Shown piece after piece: positions 25,801 to 38,900 of a stretch of 64,000 nt of DNA. Source of the stretch: Zygnema circumcarinatum SAG 698-1b (lineage: Eukaryota > Plantae > Zygnematophyceae). The notes under the pieces are model-generated. The model did not search any database and had not been told where the DNA came from. It was given only the letters and a program-made list of their open reading frames with translations. A program made the position numbers and the translations under genes. The stretch spans positions 186,001 to 250,000 of the forward strand of contig CM074805.1 of assembly GCA_037447605.1 (NCBI GenBank). Reading direction: 5' to 3'. The stretch's first letter is position 1. Each line of letters starts with the position of its first letter.

Positions 25801-26983
25801 TGACATCCTGAATTACAGCTCTTTCCCACCGGCATTTTTGCAAGGTTTTGCCGAGCTGCTGCGAAACAGACGGGGAACGCCGTCAGTTGACATTCTAAAA
25901 GTCGAAATAGTTTTTATCTCAAGGGTCGCCGCTGCCCCGTTTACGACGTCGGAAGTGTAGACAGTCTGAACGTTTTGAGGCTGACCGGCCATCCATTGGT
26001 TGATGGATGCAAAAGGCATAAATCTCTTACAGTGGGCTGCACCTTGTTAAAAAAAGAAAGGGTTTAACATGTCCAAAACAAAATAATGACGAGCAGAAAT
26101 GCCACTCTGACTGCATTCCCTGAATACTGTGAGCACACGCACAACTGCACACGCATGGCAATTGGGATATGAATTGAAAATGAAATGGTGAAACCCCCCC
26201 TCCCTCTCTCCTCTCCCCCTTTTCTTCTCACCTTCTCCCCTTCTCTCCCCCTCTCTCATCGCTCGTCCAAATCTCTCCCGCCCTCTCCCCTCTCCCCCCT
26301 TCCAGCTCCTCTATCAGCGACTTCTCTGCATCCCACACTTAACTTCTCTCCCCCTTACTTCTTCCCCCCTCCGATCGATCGGTCTTTCGCTCTCTTTTCA
26401 GCCAGGGGAGAGTTTGGGGCGGGGGGGCGGAGCGGAAAGAAGTAGGAGAACAGGAAGCCATCAAGAAGTCATTCCTTCATGAGGCGCGTTTAAGGAAAAA
26501 AAACAACCCATGGCAGGCATCAGTAATCCCCCATTTCCCCACAGGGATCCAACACGGGGTCACCTCGATGGCCAAGCCACTCCTGCAAACTGTAACATGA
26601 AGCCGCTTTCTTTTCACAAGAACCATTTGATTCAGGTGTCTGGTCAAGCCACGAGCTAAGAGCGAGAACCGGCAAGGCGCCTATTTATCCGTTGAGCGGC
26701 CGCTAGTCAGCACAGAAGAATACAGTACAAACAGCATTCACGTTGCCACATAGAAACCACCGTTAGACCGAAAAAAACACAGAAACTAATTCTGGTACCC
26801 ATACTCTGCCGTCTCAGGGATGATCGCTACTCCTTACCGTGTACGAGTTGCATTAGAGCGGCATCTTGACGCCTACAAGAACATACACAAATGCTCCTAA
26901 TGTTCACACCAGCACAGGTGCTAAGTGGGGGGGATAGTACCCAGAAGTGAAAAAAAAAAATCAACTTGCCAAAATCTGAAAAG

Positions 26984-29900
26984 TTACCGCATTTTCCGAC
27001 GCCGGCTCCGAACAGTTTCCTGTCAGAACACAAAGCATATAAGCCCGCCAGAAGACAGTCTACCCATGAGCACTACAACTATCACACAGTTCTACAAAAA
27101 AACATAACTACTCCCCCGCATGAACTTACAAGAGGTGGGTAGAGCAGTACACATGGGCAGGATACATGCATTGACACCAGCACTAACTTATGCGTGCCTT
27201 ACTACAAACTACAAACCCTAATATCTAACCGCGTGCAAGATTGTAGGGCTTGCAGGCTGCTGATCGCCCTTTTTTAACACAGATATATATAAATATATTT
27301 TTCTTTTCTTTTAGATTTAAGGTTTCAAACGTGCCTTGCAAGAGTCCACAACCAGCAATGACGAGATTTGGATGACTCTCACCAATGGTTCGTCATTGTC
27401 TTCCTCCATGGCTGACGTTGAATCATCCTCCTCTTTCACAGCTTCTCCATCGATTCCAGCACCACTGACTGCCTTGGGTTCTAACACCTTCTCATTCTCT
27501 TTCCTCTGTAGAACGGTTCCATCTGCTGCATCAGAGGGAGGCGCAGCCTCATGTTCTGCAGGAACAGCAGCCATAGCTTCTTCACGAGAATCTTCCGCCT
27601 CAGAAGGTCCATTACTAGCAGTGCCAACCTCTCGCTGCTGTATTTCCTCTCTTGCATGCTTCAGCCTGACCTCATCATTCCCATCCTTACGACCATCTAC
27701 CACATCTCCCGTTCCGTCAACCGTTTCAATCTCATCTGCTGCAACTGATTCCTCATTCTTTGCTTTCAAGGCGCCATCTTCTTCATCCTTTCCTTCTTCT
27801 ACGTCTTTTTCAGTTGCTGCAGCACCCTGGCCTGTTACAGTATCACCGTCGTCGCCGTTCCCTTGTACTGCAAGGGCAATTTCGCCTTCTCCTTCATCCG
27901 GAGCGTTAACTTCATTATCTCCAGTCACTTCTCCGCCCTCCTCACCTTTTCCTTTCACCGTTTGACCCTTTTCATCCATTTCTTCCACAGCGTTGCGTTC
28001 CCCATCCTTCGGCTTCTCTGCATCGTTCTCGTTTCCTCTTCCCTCTGTTGCCTCATCTCGACTACCTTCAGCAACTTTACGACCCTCCTCGTGCACGTCA
28101 GCCACCTTCTTCCCTGATCCCTTCGGCCGGCCCCTTCTGGGTCGTCCGTCCTGTGCGGCCTCACGGCTTCTCCCATTGGCAGGAGATTTGCTGGCGCCCC
28201 TCCCTCTGCCGCCCCTTCTTGTGGGCCTTGCATGTTGCAGTTCCGCTGCCCCAGGAGATGGCAATTCCGTATCACCTTCTTTTTGCTTCACCTTATCTCC
28301 TTCACCAGTGACTGCATCCTGCGCTGCTGCTTCCCCAGTAGAGGTTGGAGGAACATCCGTCTCCTCCCACTCTTTCGCATTGCGAACGTTCAGAGAATTG
28401 CCTCCGTCCGGCGTTTGCAGCTGAGCTTCGACACTTTCAGACCTGTCATGTGGCTCTCCATTAGCCACTGGCTCGGGTGAAGCAGCAGTAACAGCTTTTT
28501 TCCTTCCTCTGCCAACCAGTCCTGACTGCCTTCTGGTCTTCGCACTCCTTTCGACCTCGGTGCCACCTTCATGTGCACCATCTTCCCCATCCAATTCCAC
28601 GCCTTTGCCAGAGGCCCCCACTTCTTTGTCTAACGCTCCAGCAGGGGTAGTAGAAGGAAAACTCAGCTCTTTCCCTCTCCGACCACTTGAATTTATTGCA
28701 GGCTGCGTAGCATCTGTCTTCCCCTCTGGAGTCTCTTCAACTTCTCTCTTCCTTTTGCCTCTTCCACTACCGCCTGTGCTCTTCGTGAGAGGCGATGTCC
28801 TCCTTCCACCACGCCCAGTCTTACCACCCCTTCCTGTCAGCTCCGGAGTCCTGTACGCACGAATGCCACAACTTACACAGTGAGCCGATACTGATTTCAT
28901 GCCTATTGTAAGCTCAAGCCGTCGAACACAAAGCACAGCGGAGTAGCCAGCAGCGGATGCTCATCCAAACATCATGAATAAACTGATATTAAAAAAGCAT
29001 ACATAAAAAGGAAAAAAATTGATAATCCCCCTTCAACACCTAATCTGGCTGTGGATGAGCAAAACCCCAACCCAAGGAAGAAAAAAAAAAAATCACGATC
29101 TCAGGTAGTCTTAAAAGGACGTGCCTTTTCGGGTGCTCGAGCGGTAACGGAGTTCCTAAAGAGACCTGCGATCATCACCTCACAATATAATTGACGTTAA
29201 GAATAAACCTGATAACCACACATTATGCCAATACGAATCGACTTCAGCGCATTTCTCATCCACAACAATACTTCTGCAAGAAAGTGGGATATGTGTTGCG
29301 TAGAAGTCGCTTAACAAAGGCCCTTGTCCCAGAGCAACTACACGAAATGGGGTTGTTTTCCGCTGCATTACAGGTTAAAATGGAAGTATTGACTTACTGA
29401 CGAAAAGAAATCCCTCCAGCCCTCTCTCCCTCGAGAGAAAAGATGGTGAACAGGATAAGGGTGAAGAAAAAATGGGATTTGATAGCTTTTTATGATTGAA
29501 AATCAGTCGGAAGAACAAACAGTCACAGACACGAAAGGTGAAAGGGAGAGCGAGGAAAAAAAGGGATGGGGGGGAGGGAAGGGAGGGAGAGGAGGAGAGG
29601 AGGGATGACAGATTGGGAGGAAGGGAGGAAACAGAGAGAGGAGAAGAGAGAGAGAGAGGGTGTGCTTGTCTCCTCACCACGTCTGGTTGCTCTGGTGCCT
29701 CTTGTGAGCCACTTGCACCCAAAGCTTCATCCATGAATTCCCATCTCTCATTCACCAGAACCAGCGTCTCTTCATCTCCATCATTGTACAGCACCTGTTC
29801 AAGTATCCAGTCAACTCCCAGCACTTACACTCTGTCCATTCATTTTTGTCCAGTGGACGAGATTCACTATTTCTGCAAACAATAATAAGCTTCTTGATTT

Positions 29901-32900
29901 AAGAAAAGTGGTCGGAGCATACTCTGTGCTGGTTTTTCTTTTCTTCGTACGATTTGATCTGCCCGGAGTAGAACCTGAACAACACATCCAGTCTCCACAA
30001 CCTGCTTAGGTGCTGCAACTTTGCATGAGATAACATCTGAAAGGGCATATTGCAAGGGAAGACGCAGTTACTTACTTCAGTTGGTAGCCAATACACGGCA
30101 AATCTCTTTTATGAGGCATACACCACTTAAATGCAAGAAACACCGATTGCACTGATCTAAGCAAAGTGAATGTGAAGTTGGTGACAGGAATCATCCTCTC
30201 ACCGCTTATCCATCGGCCACCAAACCTGAATTCTTCGCCCCACAAGTTCCTCCTTCCCACCTTTTCGAGTGTAAGGAGGACTCTGCTGTGTCCCAGAATC
30301 ACCCTCCGCATACCCTCCCAGTACTCAGAGTCTGCCAGGTGGCGGAAAGAATGGAAAGACCCTAAGCAAAAACAACAGACCAGCAATGGCTAAAGACTTC
30401 CGATTGCCTGTCTAGAAAATCCATTGGCGCACAAAACAGCACAGAAAAATAAATGTCAACTGCAGGACCTCCGGTGCCATCAACACGTCATATCACTGAT
30501 TGAGCCCCTACACTTAGCCTCCACAAAACGAACACCACACCAAGCAGGTCAATGGCTGAGAGCTGAGGTATCACGTCTTATCCTTTAGTACATGTTTCTG
30601 ATTCCAAAACCATGGTGATTCAGAAGTCTGATTCCAACCTTGATTGCCCCCTTTCGAGGAGTTGACCGAGTTGGTGCCTTGGGCTCTTTCCCGGACTTCT
30701 CTGTTGCAGCAGGAGTGACAACCTCCTCCGTGGCAGACAATTTCCTCCTCTCCTTCCGTGCTCTCTTTGGGGATGTCTGCTCTTTTTCTGCCGGAGTGGT
30801 ATCATCTCTCTCATGCAGTTCTGGAGCATCCTCTTCAGGAGTTTCTGGTTTCGTTCTCTTTCTTCCACGAGCAGGTTGCGTCTGCAAGTAAGGCATCCAA
30901 GGATGAATGGTCCCCACAACGCACAGAATTGACGATTACACTCTCAAGGCTTTCCCAGCACAGCCATCGTGCGTGATAAACTACAATCACCAATTGGTGA
31001 TTTACGGAAAATTAGAACGTCCTATGGTTCTTGTACCTAGCAGACCATGGAATGACAGCTACCTGCACTGGTTTGGGAGCAGAAGCTGCTTTTGGTTTGG
31101 GTTTAGGAACATCGTCCGAAAGGCACTTTGGGAGATGGCTTCCATCCACCTGCCAAGGCAGGCGTTACTCCATCAGCGAAAATAAAGAGACAGAGGGCAT
31201 AACAAGTGCATTAGGCATGTACCCAAAGCACTAACCTGATGCAAGCGAACTGGCAATTGGTGCTGTAATGCAACAAACAATTGAAGGCCTGAATACAGGA
31301 CGTTGAGTCTTGTTTGATAATACACCAAATCCATCCTCTTTGCCCCTCCAATAACCACACTGCTGTCTGCCTAAGTCTCCTTTCCAAACACATTCACCAA
31401 GTAGTCACCTTCTGTGCAGTGGCAGCTTGGCCCTCTGGTGGCTCCTGTCCTACCGGTGCCTCTCCGGGTGCCTTGTAGAGATAGCTTGGGAGAGGAATCA
31501 CGCCAGGGTAGTCTGATGAATAGATTCGCTTTCGACCTAATTCCTTCGCTACCATTATTCCGATCTCACTGGCAGCATACAAAAGCTGCAACCTCGGAAA
31601 TCAAAAACAACCAAACGGGACAGAAGTGGTAAGACAAGTACAACATTTAGGGGTGCTCCAGCGACGGATTTGAGGGGTTTGAGGCTCTCGAAAGTGCAAC
31701 ATTTCCACCTCTGAACTAGGTGCAAACTCCTCTCCAATGCCCTAAAGATCCTATGCATTCCTGGTGGCAGTCAGAAAACTACACAGTTACTTGCCACTGG
31801 TTCTAATATATGGTATGATTGTCACTGGAGCTCACCTCTGTCTTAGAGCTCTTTACTGCATCCTCAGATGTCTTTATTGTCCTAAAAATAGCGAGAATCA
31901 ATGGCAAAGGATCCAACCCGTCCTTCTTTCCCTGATCGCTTTTGCCTTCACCATCCATGTGCAGCAGCGCCTGAAGAAATGATTGAATTTGTCTGAAAAT
32001 TCCGGCAAAAACCCAATAGAGTTGGATTTCAGCGCTGAAGCACAATATTTAGCATTTGAGGAAACACATCTCAAAATCTCTCAAAGATGATAAGACGGCA
32101 ATTGCTCTTTCTACACATAGTCCAAAACTCATGCGAGACAATTTTCATGGAAGCAAACTTTGCAGCACACGCCTCCTCTTTCAAAGACGGAGAATATCTC
32201 CGCATTCAGTGTTTAGTAGAAATGCTTTAGTAGGCGAAAATAAATCAGATCTCCCAACAAGTACATACAGAAGCGACTGCTTACGTTTTGAAAGGATCGT
32301 ACACATCCGGATTGTCACTGTCCTTTGGAAAGTCAGGGTGATGTGCCAGGACATGTGTCAGATACACAAGAACATACTCCGGGAGAAGAGTAATGGACGA
32401 GCCATCGGTGGAACTGGCTGTCACTTTCGCTTGCTTTATGTGTGCCTCACGCCTGCTGGCTTCCACAAACTCCGCCAAAAAGTGCTTTGACTGCAAAAGG
32501 ACAGGGCACCTTACTTGAGAGCAGAAGGGATCCGCAAAAAAAAAAAAAAAACGTACGAAGAACTACAAACACTTCTTCTTCTTCTTCAAATACTTCTTCT
32601 ACTTAGAAATACGTTCTAAGTCAAAACAAACTTTGATAACATCAGTTGGAGGTAACTCATTCATTATAAAACTCCTAATATAGTTCGACATAGTGCAAGG
32701 GTCCAAGGGTCTGAAGTATGACGCGTGAGGAAGAATAAATGATCATTTCGCCGAACTTGACGGCTTGCCAGGTATGGCATCAAATGCAATGAAGAAACAT
32801 GAACGCTAAAATCTAAGAATGCAAAAACAGCAAAAGAATCTCGAGCCCGTACCACTTGGACGTTCTCCTTATCTATGTCAATAGATTGTAGAGCAAAGGC

Positions 32901-35900
32901 ACAGGCAAACTTGTTTGGCAATGGCTTCTCTCGCACATGAAGGTACTGGTGCACTTTCTTAACAAATGCCTGGCGAACCTGAAGGCAAGGATCCTGGAAA
33001 AGCCCATTCATACATTCATGCTTCACATGAGTATACATACAAGCATGTCATGACGTGAAACGTTAGCAATTCTCCTCCACTTCCAAAAAATGAAAAGCAA
33101 GTGGTGCAACCATTGTAGCTAACGCTATTTCTGCTATGCTAATGAAAAAGACGCAAAAGATCTAGTAAGTAGCAACACCCAGATTTTGTTGTTTCCTTTC
33201 ACGGACAGCCACTTTCTCACCACATTCACCCACATTTGTTTTCTCGCTTCCCCTCTCCCGCTTCCCCCTGCACGCACTTACTCTCCGTCGCTTTCCTCAT
33301 CCCCTCTTTACCTGTGCCACAAAGAGTGTGAGGGCAAATAGTTCTGGCATAGTGGATTGAATAGCATTGTCATAACGTCGAAAGAGCCGCAGCACCGCCT
33401 TTCCAGCAGCAAGGCGAATATGCGACTTGTCCACATCTCTGTACATTCGCCATCGGAATACCATAGCCCACCATTCCCTCTTTAAACCAAGGGACCGGTT
33501 GCAGGCAGAGCTGAGGAAGGTGGAGTATCAGAAGTAACTCTATTCCAAACCTAGTTTCTGACGATCTTGACTTAGAAACCGAACTCCCTTATCATCGCGG
33601 ACTACCAAATCACAGTGTGTCAGTACCCCGATAAGACGCAATAATGCAATCACCACACACTTCAGCGCAGTAATGGGACCAGGTCCATTCTGAAGAGAGT
33701 CACTCACGTTGACTGTTTTGCAAGATCGTCTGTCAACTCCCCTTGAGGGATCAACGTCTGTAGCACATTGAGAAGGCCCTTCAACTTAGGTCGAGCAGGA
33801 GTATCCTTGAAAGGCAGAAAGCTCTTCACAAGAGCCTTCAGCCCATATATCTGCGTCAGATCAATTTCAAAACATAGCAGGATCAGTATAAGCACCAATC
33901 CTGCAAACGTCAAGAAAAGCTATCAGCATTTTACTTTCTGAATAAATAAATCAACTCCAACGAAATCGTCAGAATGAAAGACGTCACTGGCCTTTATCGC
34001 ACTGCTTTTCATAATAGCCAACAAACACATGCACAAGCTTTACATCCATCGCCCAATTTTGCGGGCTTCCATTGTATTCTGGATGAGCACCTAGACATAA
34101 GCAAAAACACCAGCATTTATTTACTTCTAACCACTACAAGTAACATAAAAATAGTCGATTTGGCTATCAAGGTTACAAGAGGTTTTGCATCTAACCTTCA
34201 GCTGGCACACCCAGCTAGGCTTGTTCCAGTCATAGGCATGCTCCTTTTTCTCGAGCGTGGTGAAATCATCCTGTCAAAATAAATTACAAAAATAAGAAAG
34301 AGCGAGTCGTATACCAACAAAAGTGACAGTATGCAATACGGGAGGAACCTGAGAACCATCCAGAGCCCTCGCCACCTCAATCCTGTCATAACTGTCGTCT
34401 TGTTACAATAAATAATCAAAGAAAATGCACACGGTTCGTAAGTTTCAACAAAAAGACTGCGCTAATGCCGAACGCACAAAGAAGCGTATTGCCATAATAC
34501 AGCGTCCTGAAATGAGCCCATTGGTACAAGTCGCCACTAAAAGATACTGAAACGTGGCAGAGTGCAAATGGACAAAGACTCAAGTAGATATAGGAAGAGT
34601 GCCGTTTATCTCCTGATTTACTTGAAGGATGTCGTCTTTAAGGATGTTCCTAAGTGACAAAGCTTAACACAAGCACAACCTTCATTCCCTCAGTCCGTCC
34701 GTGCCATAAGCTTGGTGCGGTACATCATCATATCTCCCTCCTGCAATCTTTCTCTCCACCATCTGCTCATACGCTGTAAGCAACTGCGGCTCTGCGGCTC
34801 TGTGCCCCTGACTATGAGCAGTACCATCCTACAGCTTCCCTTTCCTCTAAACCAGGGTAGAGACAAACATACACTGACACGCCGAAACACAATCCGCACA
34901 ATGGTCTTGATGATGTCGTCCTCTCTCGTTTCAAAAATGGGCATTGAATGCTGAGCGATAACTCCCAGCGATTGGAACACTGTCGGCAGATTTTCATCAG
35001 ACTCCCCCAGTGAATCCACCAGTTTCTGCAAATTCCAAAAATAGAACGGTCTAAATGCCATAAAGTGACCCTCCATTTACGATCTTAATAAGCTTCATCC
35101 CCTTTTCTGATCTCACAAGCCGACGGGAAAGGGATGATTCGTTACCAGCTTCTAGAAAATCAACTTGACAAGATGGGAGACACAACGCTTAAACCAACGC
35201 ATAACTAACCAACCCAATGCATCCTCGTTCACGAGCTTGGCTTGGCTGTGCAGAAATGACCAGGAATGACATCTGATAGTGCGACCAATCGACAAAGGGT
35301 CCGGGTTATTTCTTCGGAAAAAAATGAAGAATACGAGGATGAAAACCATACACTGGTCAATATGGCAAATACTCACAGTATACAACACTGACAGGTCCTT
35401 TAAGCCTGCATCTTCTGAGACTGCAGCAATGGCCAAGACTGCATGCTTCGCCTGTTTACGGGTCCCTTTCAACGCAAGCTTTTGAAGTGCCTCACTAACT
35501 GGACTGCAACTCACAAATAAAAAGGAAAGGCCAAGTAGCCTTATGAGTATCACGTTCATCTGACCAACTGCAGGCAACTGTAAAGAACAACGGAAAGAAT
35601 ACTGCTGCATAAGGAATGCTTTAGACAAGACAGCTTCAAACGCAACTGAAGGAATCCCCGCAGACGCCCTAATGGCATCACTGCTAGCACAATGTAAGAG
35701 TACAAGATACTACAAGATTTCCACTCAGTCATCAGTGGGCATCTGGAGGAAAGCGACTGCTGGAATTCCAGTACAAAGTGCTCAAAATCTATTCCTGACA
35801 TGAGAGAACTGCGTTCAGATCCTTACCTGCTCTGGTCCATCGGAAGGCTCCGCATGTGACTGCCCACATTGCTCAGAATATGTGCAACACTCTCTTTGAC

Positions 35901-38900
35901 CAGATCGCCTCCCTCCACAAGCAATTTAACGAGATCTTCTTGGTAAGGTTCAAACAGCACCGGAAACTGCGCAGATGCTTCCTGCAGTCCATGCCAAACT
36001 CCGAATATAAACGAATTACAAAAAATGTGATGTGAACCTTGCAGCCGGAAAGGATCAAAACCAAACAAAGCAACTACATTCTGACCTGCAGCAATATCTG
36101 AAACACCATCATTTACTACAACTACTCATTCGATTATCGAAGTTGGCATAAAATGATAAAAATGTATATGTACAAAATGATTCACTCAACAGCTTCACTG
36201 CTTTCACGTAGAACACTGCTATCCGGCCAAACACATCTTAATCTTGATTAAGCTTTTAAGCATCCTAGAGTATACATGACCCAATTCCAGCAGTCCTAAT
36301 ACATTTGCGTGGCTCTCCGCTCTCAACTTGTCAAATTGGCCCATAGATATCTGTTGGGATTAACTGATCCGACAGACCTCGTTACATCCTCTGGAACGAT
36401 AGAGGATCATGCAATTCAAAAGACGCCAGAATTTCCTTAAAATGAACTGAGCAGCTTCATTTACTATTACAGTCGGCAATTGGACTAACGGTAAGAATTC
36501 CTCTGGAAAGAAGTATCAAGTACTTATTCAACGTGCTTTTTCCTTACTTCGTGAGTCTAGAGCAAGCACGCTTTTTCAAGATCACGATTCAGCTCTCTAC
36601 ATTTTTCTGTGACAACAAATAGCCGTAATGCTTCTTCTGAAAGATTTCAGTAAACCAACAGAGAAAAGAGCCTGGGAACCCCACCACCAGAAGCTTCATG
36701 CCTGCTGAAAGGAGATTTTCCTTTTTTCTATCCAACCGCCCGTCACTGATTTGCTTCAAGATGGCCTTCACATGTTCTTCTCCAAAAAATGTGAAAGAAA
36801 TCTTTGTTGTAAGGTCCTTCATGAAGTCATGCTGAGGATGTTTTTCCCCAATCCTCTTTAGCAGGTCTTCCTGCAAATATAAGACTATGCCTATGAGTAT
36901 GCTGATGACTTTCAGTCATTTTGTCAGTCAGAGGCATGTTTGACATGGGTACGAGACACCTCTGGCTAAAATAGCCTCAAAACATCCGATATGTTAAACA
37001 CGAGGACCAAAATGCAAACATGAACATCAAAAAAATGTAGTCCAAGGGCAGCACGAGGGTCTTACAGAGGTGCCATATGAGTTACGACTACATTCTATGC
37101 TCTGTAAAACACAAATGGCATTATGCAAAACTGTGTTGTAACATCCTGCGTCGAGCACCTGCCTCTGACGAATAAACAACAACCGTAATGATAGGACCCT
37201 CCCAGTCTGCCCATGAACACAGGGGATGAGGTTGCAGGACACACACGGCAAGCTCGGGACTGGGCATATGAGGTCGTGGGATTGAGCAATGTTGCAAGAG
37301 CTTTGAAGATGTTGTTGTCCTTCAGCTGATGGAGTTTCCCTAGGTGCTCCTCCCCCTTGGACTTGTCTACAAATGCCGTCGCCATTGCTTTGAAGCAAAG
37401 CTGAAGCTGGCTCTGAAGATCTATCGCCTCTACCTCCTCCTGTGACAGGAGCAACCCCCGCATGCATGGCGTCGGTGATTTCTGTGAAAATACGTCAACT
37501 CTAGCAACTGCAGCCACCTCAGCATGTCAGAAACGCTGTCAATGGCCACGAATCTAGTTCCTTATCCGGGCCCCGATCAACTGACAGTTAACTAATGGCT
37601 GGCATGACTCTCGGCCACACTGATCGGTTCAGGCCTCTGGACTTTGGAATAGAGGAAAAGAAAACTGATATCTACACTCCACAAGATCCAGGAGTTCAAA
37701 ATACACACCTTCGACTTCTTCCTGAGCTCCAGATACTTCGACATTTCTTGATGAATTCTGCAAATACGAAGACATTTTTAAGCAGAATTTTTTTCTACAG
37801 AAATGGAATAAAGATAGCCAAACAAACCCAGCATACGGCTGGCACACAAGCAGCCGGATTTTCGCCTTACAGTTAAGATTGTTTCTGCGTCATGTGATAA
37901 GATTCATAAAGCAATTCCAACGCAACGAAGTGTCCTCAGATGCAGCAACGCTTTGGCTCACAGGTCCACCACAAAACCAAATTGCTTACTCAAGGATGCC
38001 AGCAAACAGCATTTTGAGAAAGAACCTGCATTCGCATTTGTGCGGTCTGATCACTTTCACTCACCTACACTTAATTCTAAATATCGAGGCCAATGCCTGA
38101 GTCTCATTCTCGTCCATGACTGAGGCGATCAATACCCAATGCTTAGCCCTCATTTCAATGGGCAGTTTGCTGGGGAAAAGCTCCTCTTCTAAAAGAATAT
38201 CTATTGCTTGTTGCCTGCAAGGCTCCAAGACAGCAGCATGCCGGCACTTAAGGATGATTGCAAAATGAAGTCGCAAGCTCTTCATAATCGTCTACAAATT
38301 ATTCGACTATTCCCTCTTGACGTTTCCAGTACAGCACAATGTGAAAACTTGTGTGAATCTGTGTTCGTGAGGTTTTAAAACCCATGTATGTGTCAGATTA
38401 ATGCAGGAAGCGTAATCTCCTTCTGAAGATAACACAGATTTACAAAAGATATCGAGTAATGCCTTGCGTGTTTCCTAACTTATGGTAAGCTTCAGCAACA
38501 GGTTGTACATGTTTGCGCAGATGCACGAAGCTCATTTTGGTGAAGTAGAAGGAGATGCACCTGAACTCCATGTCTTTGTCATAACAACATCTCAAGATTC
38601 TACACGGTATCCAATCAAGACCCTCCGAAACGTCATTCCCTTCAAACAGGCGAGCGCAATACTCTTTGTAGACCTTAGTAAGCTCCAGCAATATAAGCCG
38701 CTTGACATATACCTGCTCGCCACGACGTTGAACACCATTAATCACATTGAAAGCAACCATAATGAACTCCCTCATCTTGCTCCCATCCTGCCCCTTCCTT
38801 TCGCCCATCTTATCTCCTCCTCAACCTCTGGCCCCACTATCTCTCTTTCTCAATTATAGCGGTTATGCCATAAAATCACTTCCTTTGAAATGCACCCCTG

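Noticed and set aside
27336-28883. Ser-rich plus-strand ORFs
   Set aside because: They are antisense shadows of the charged PDS5 exon.
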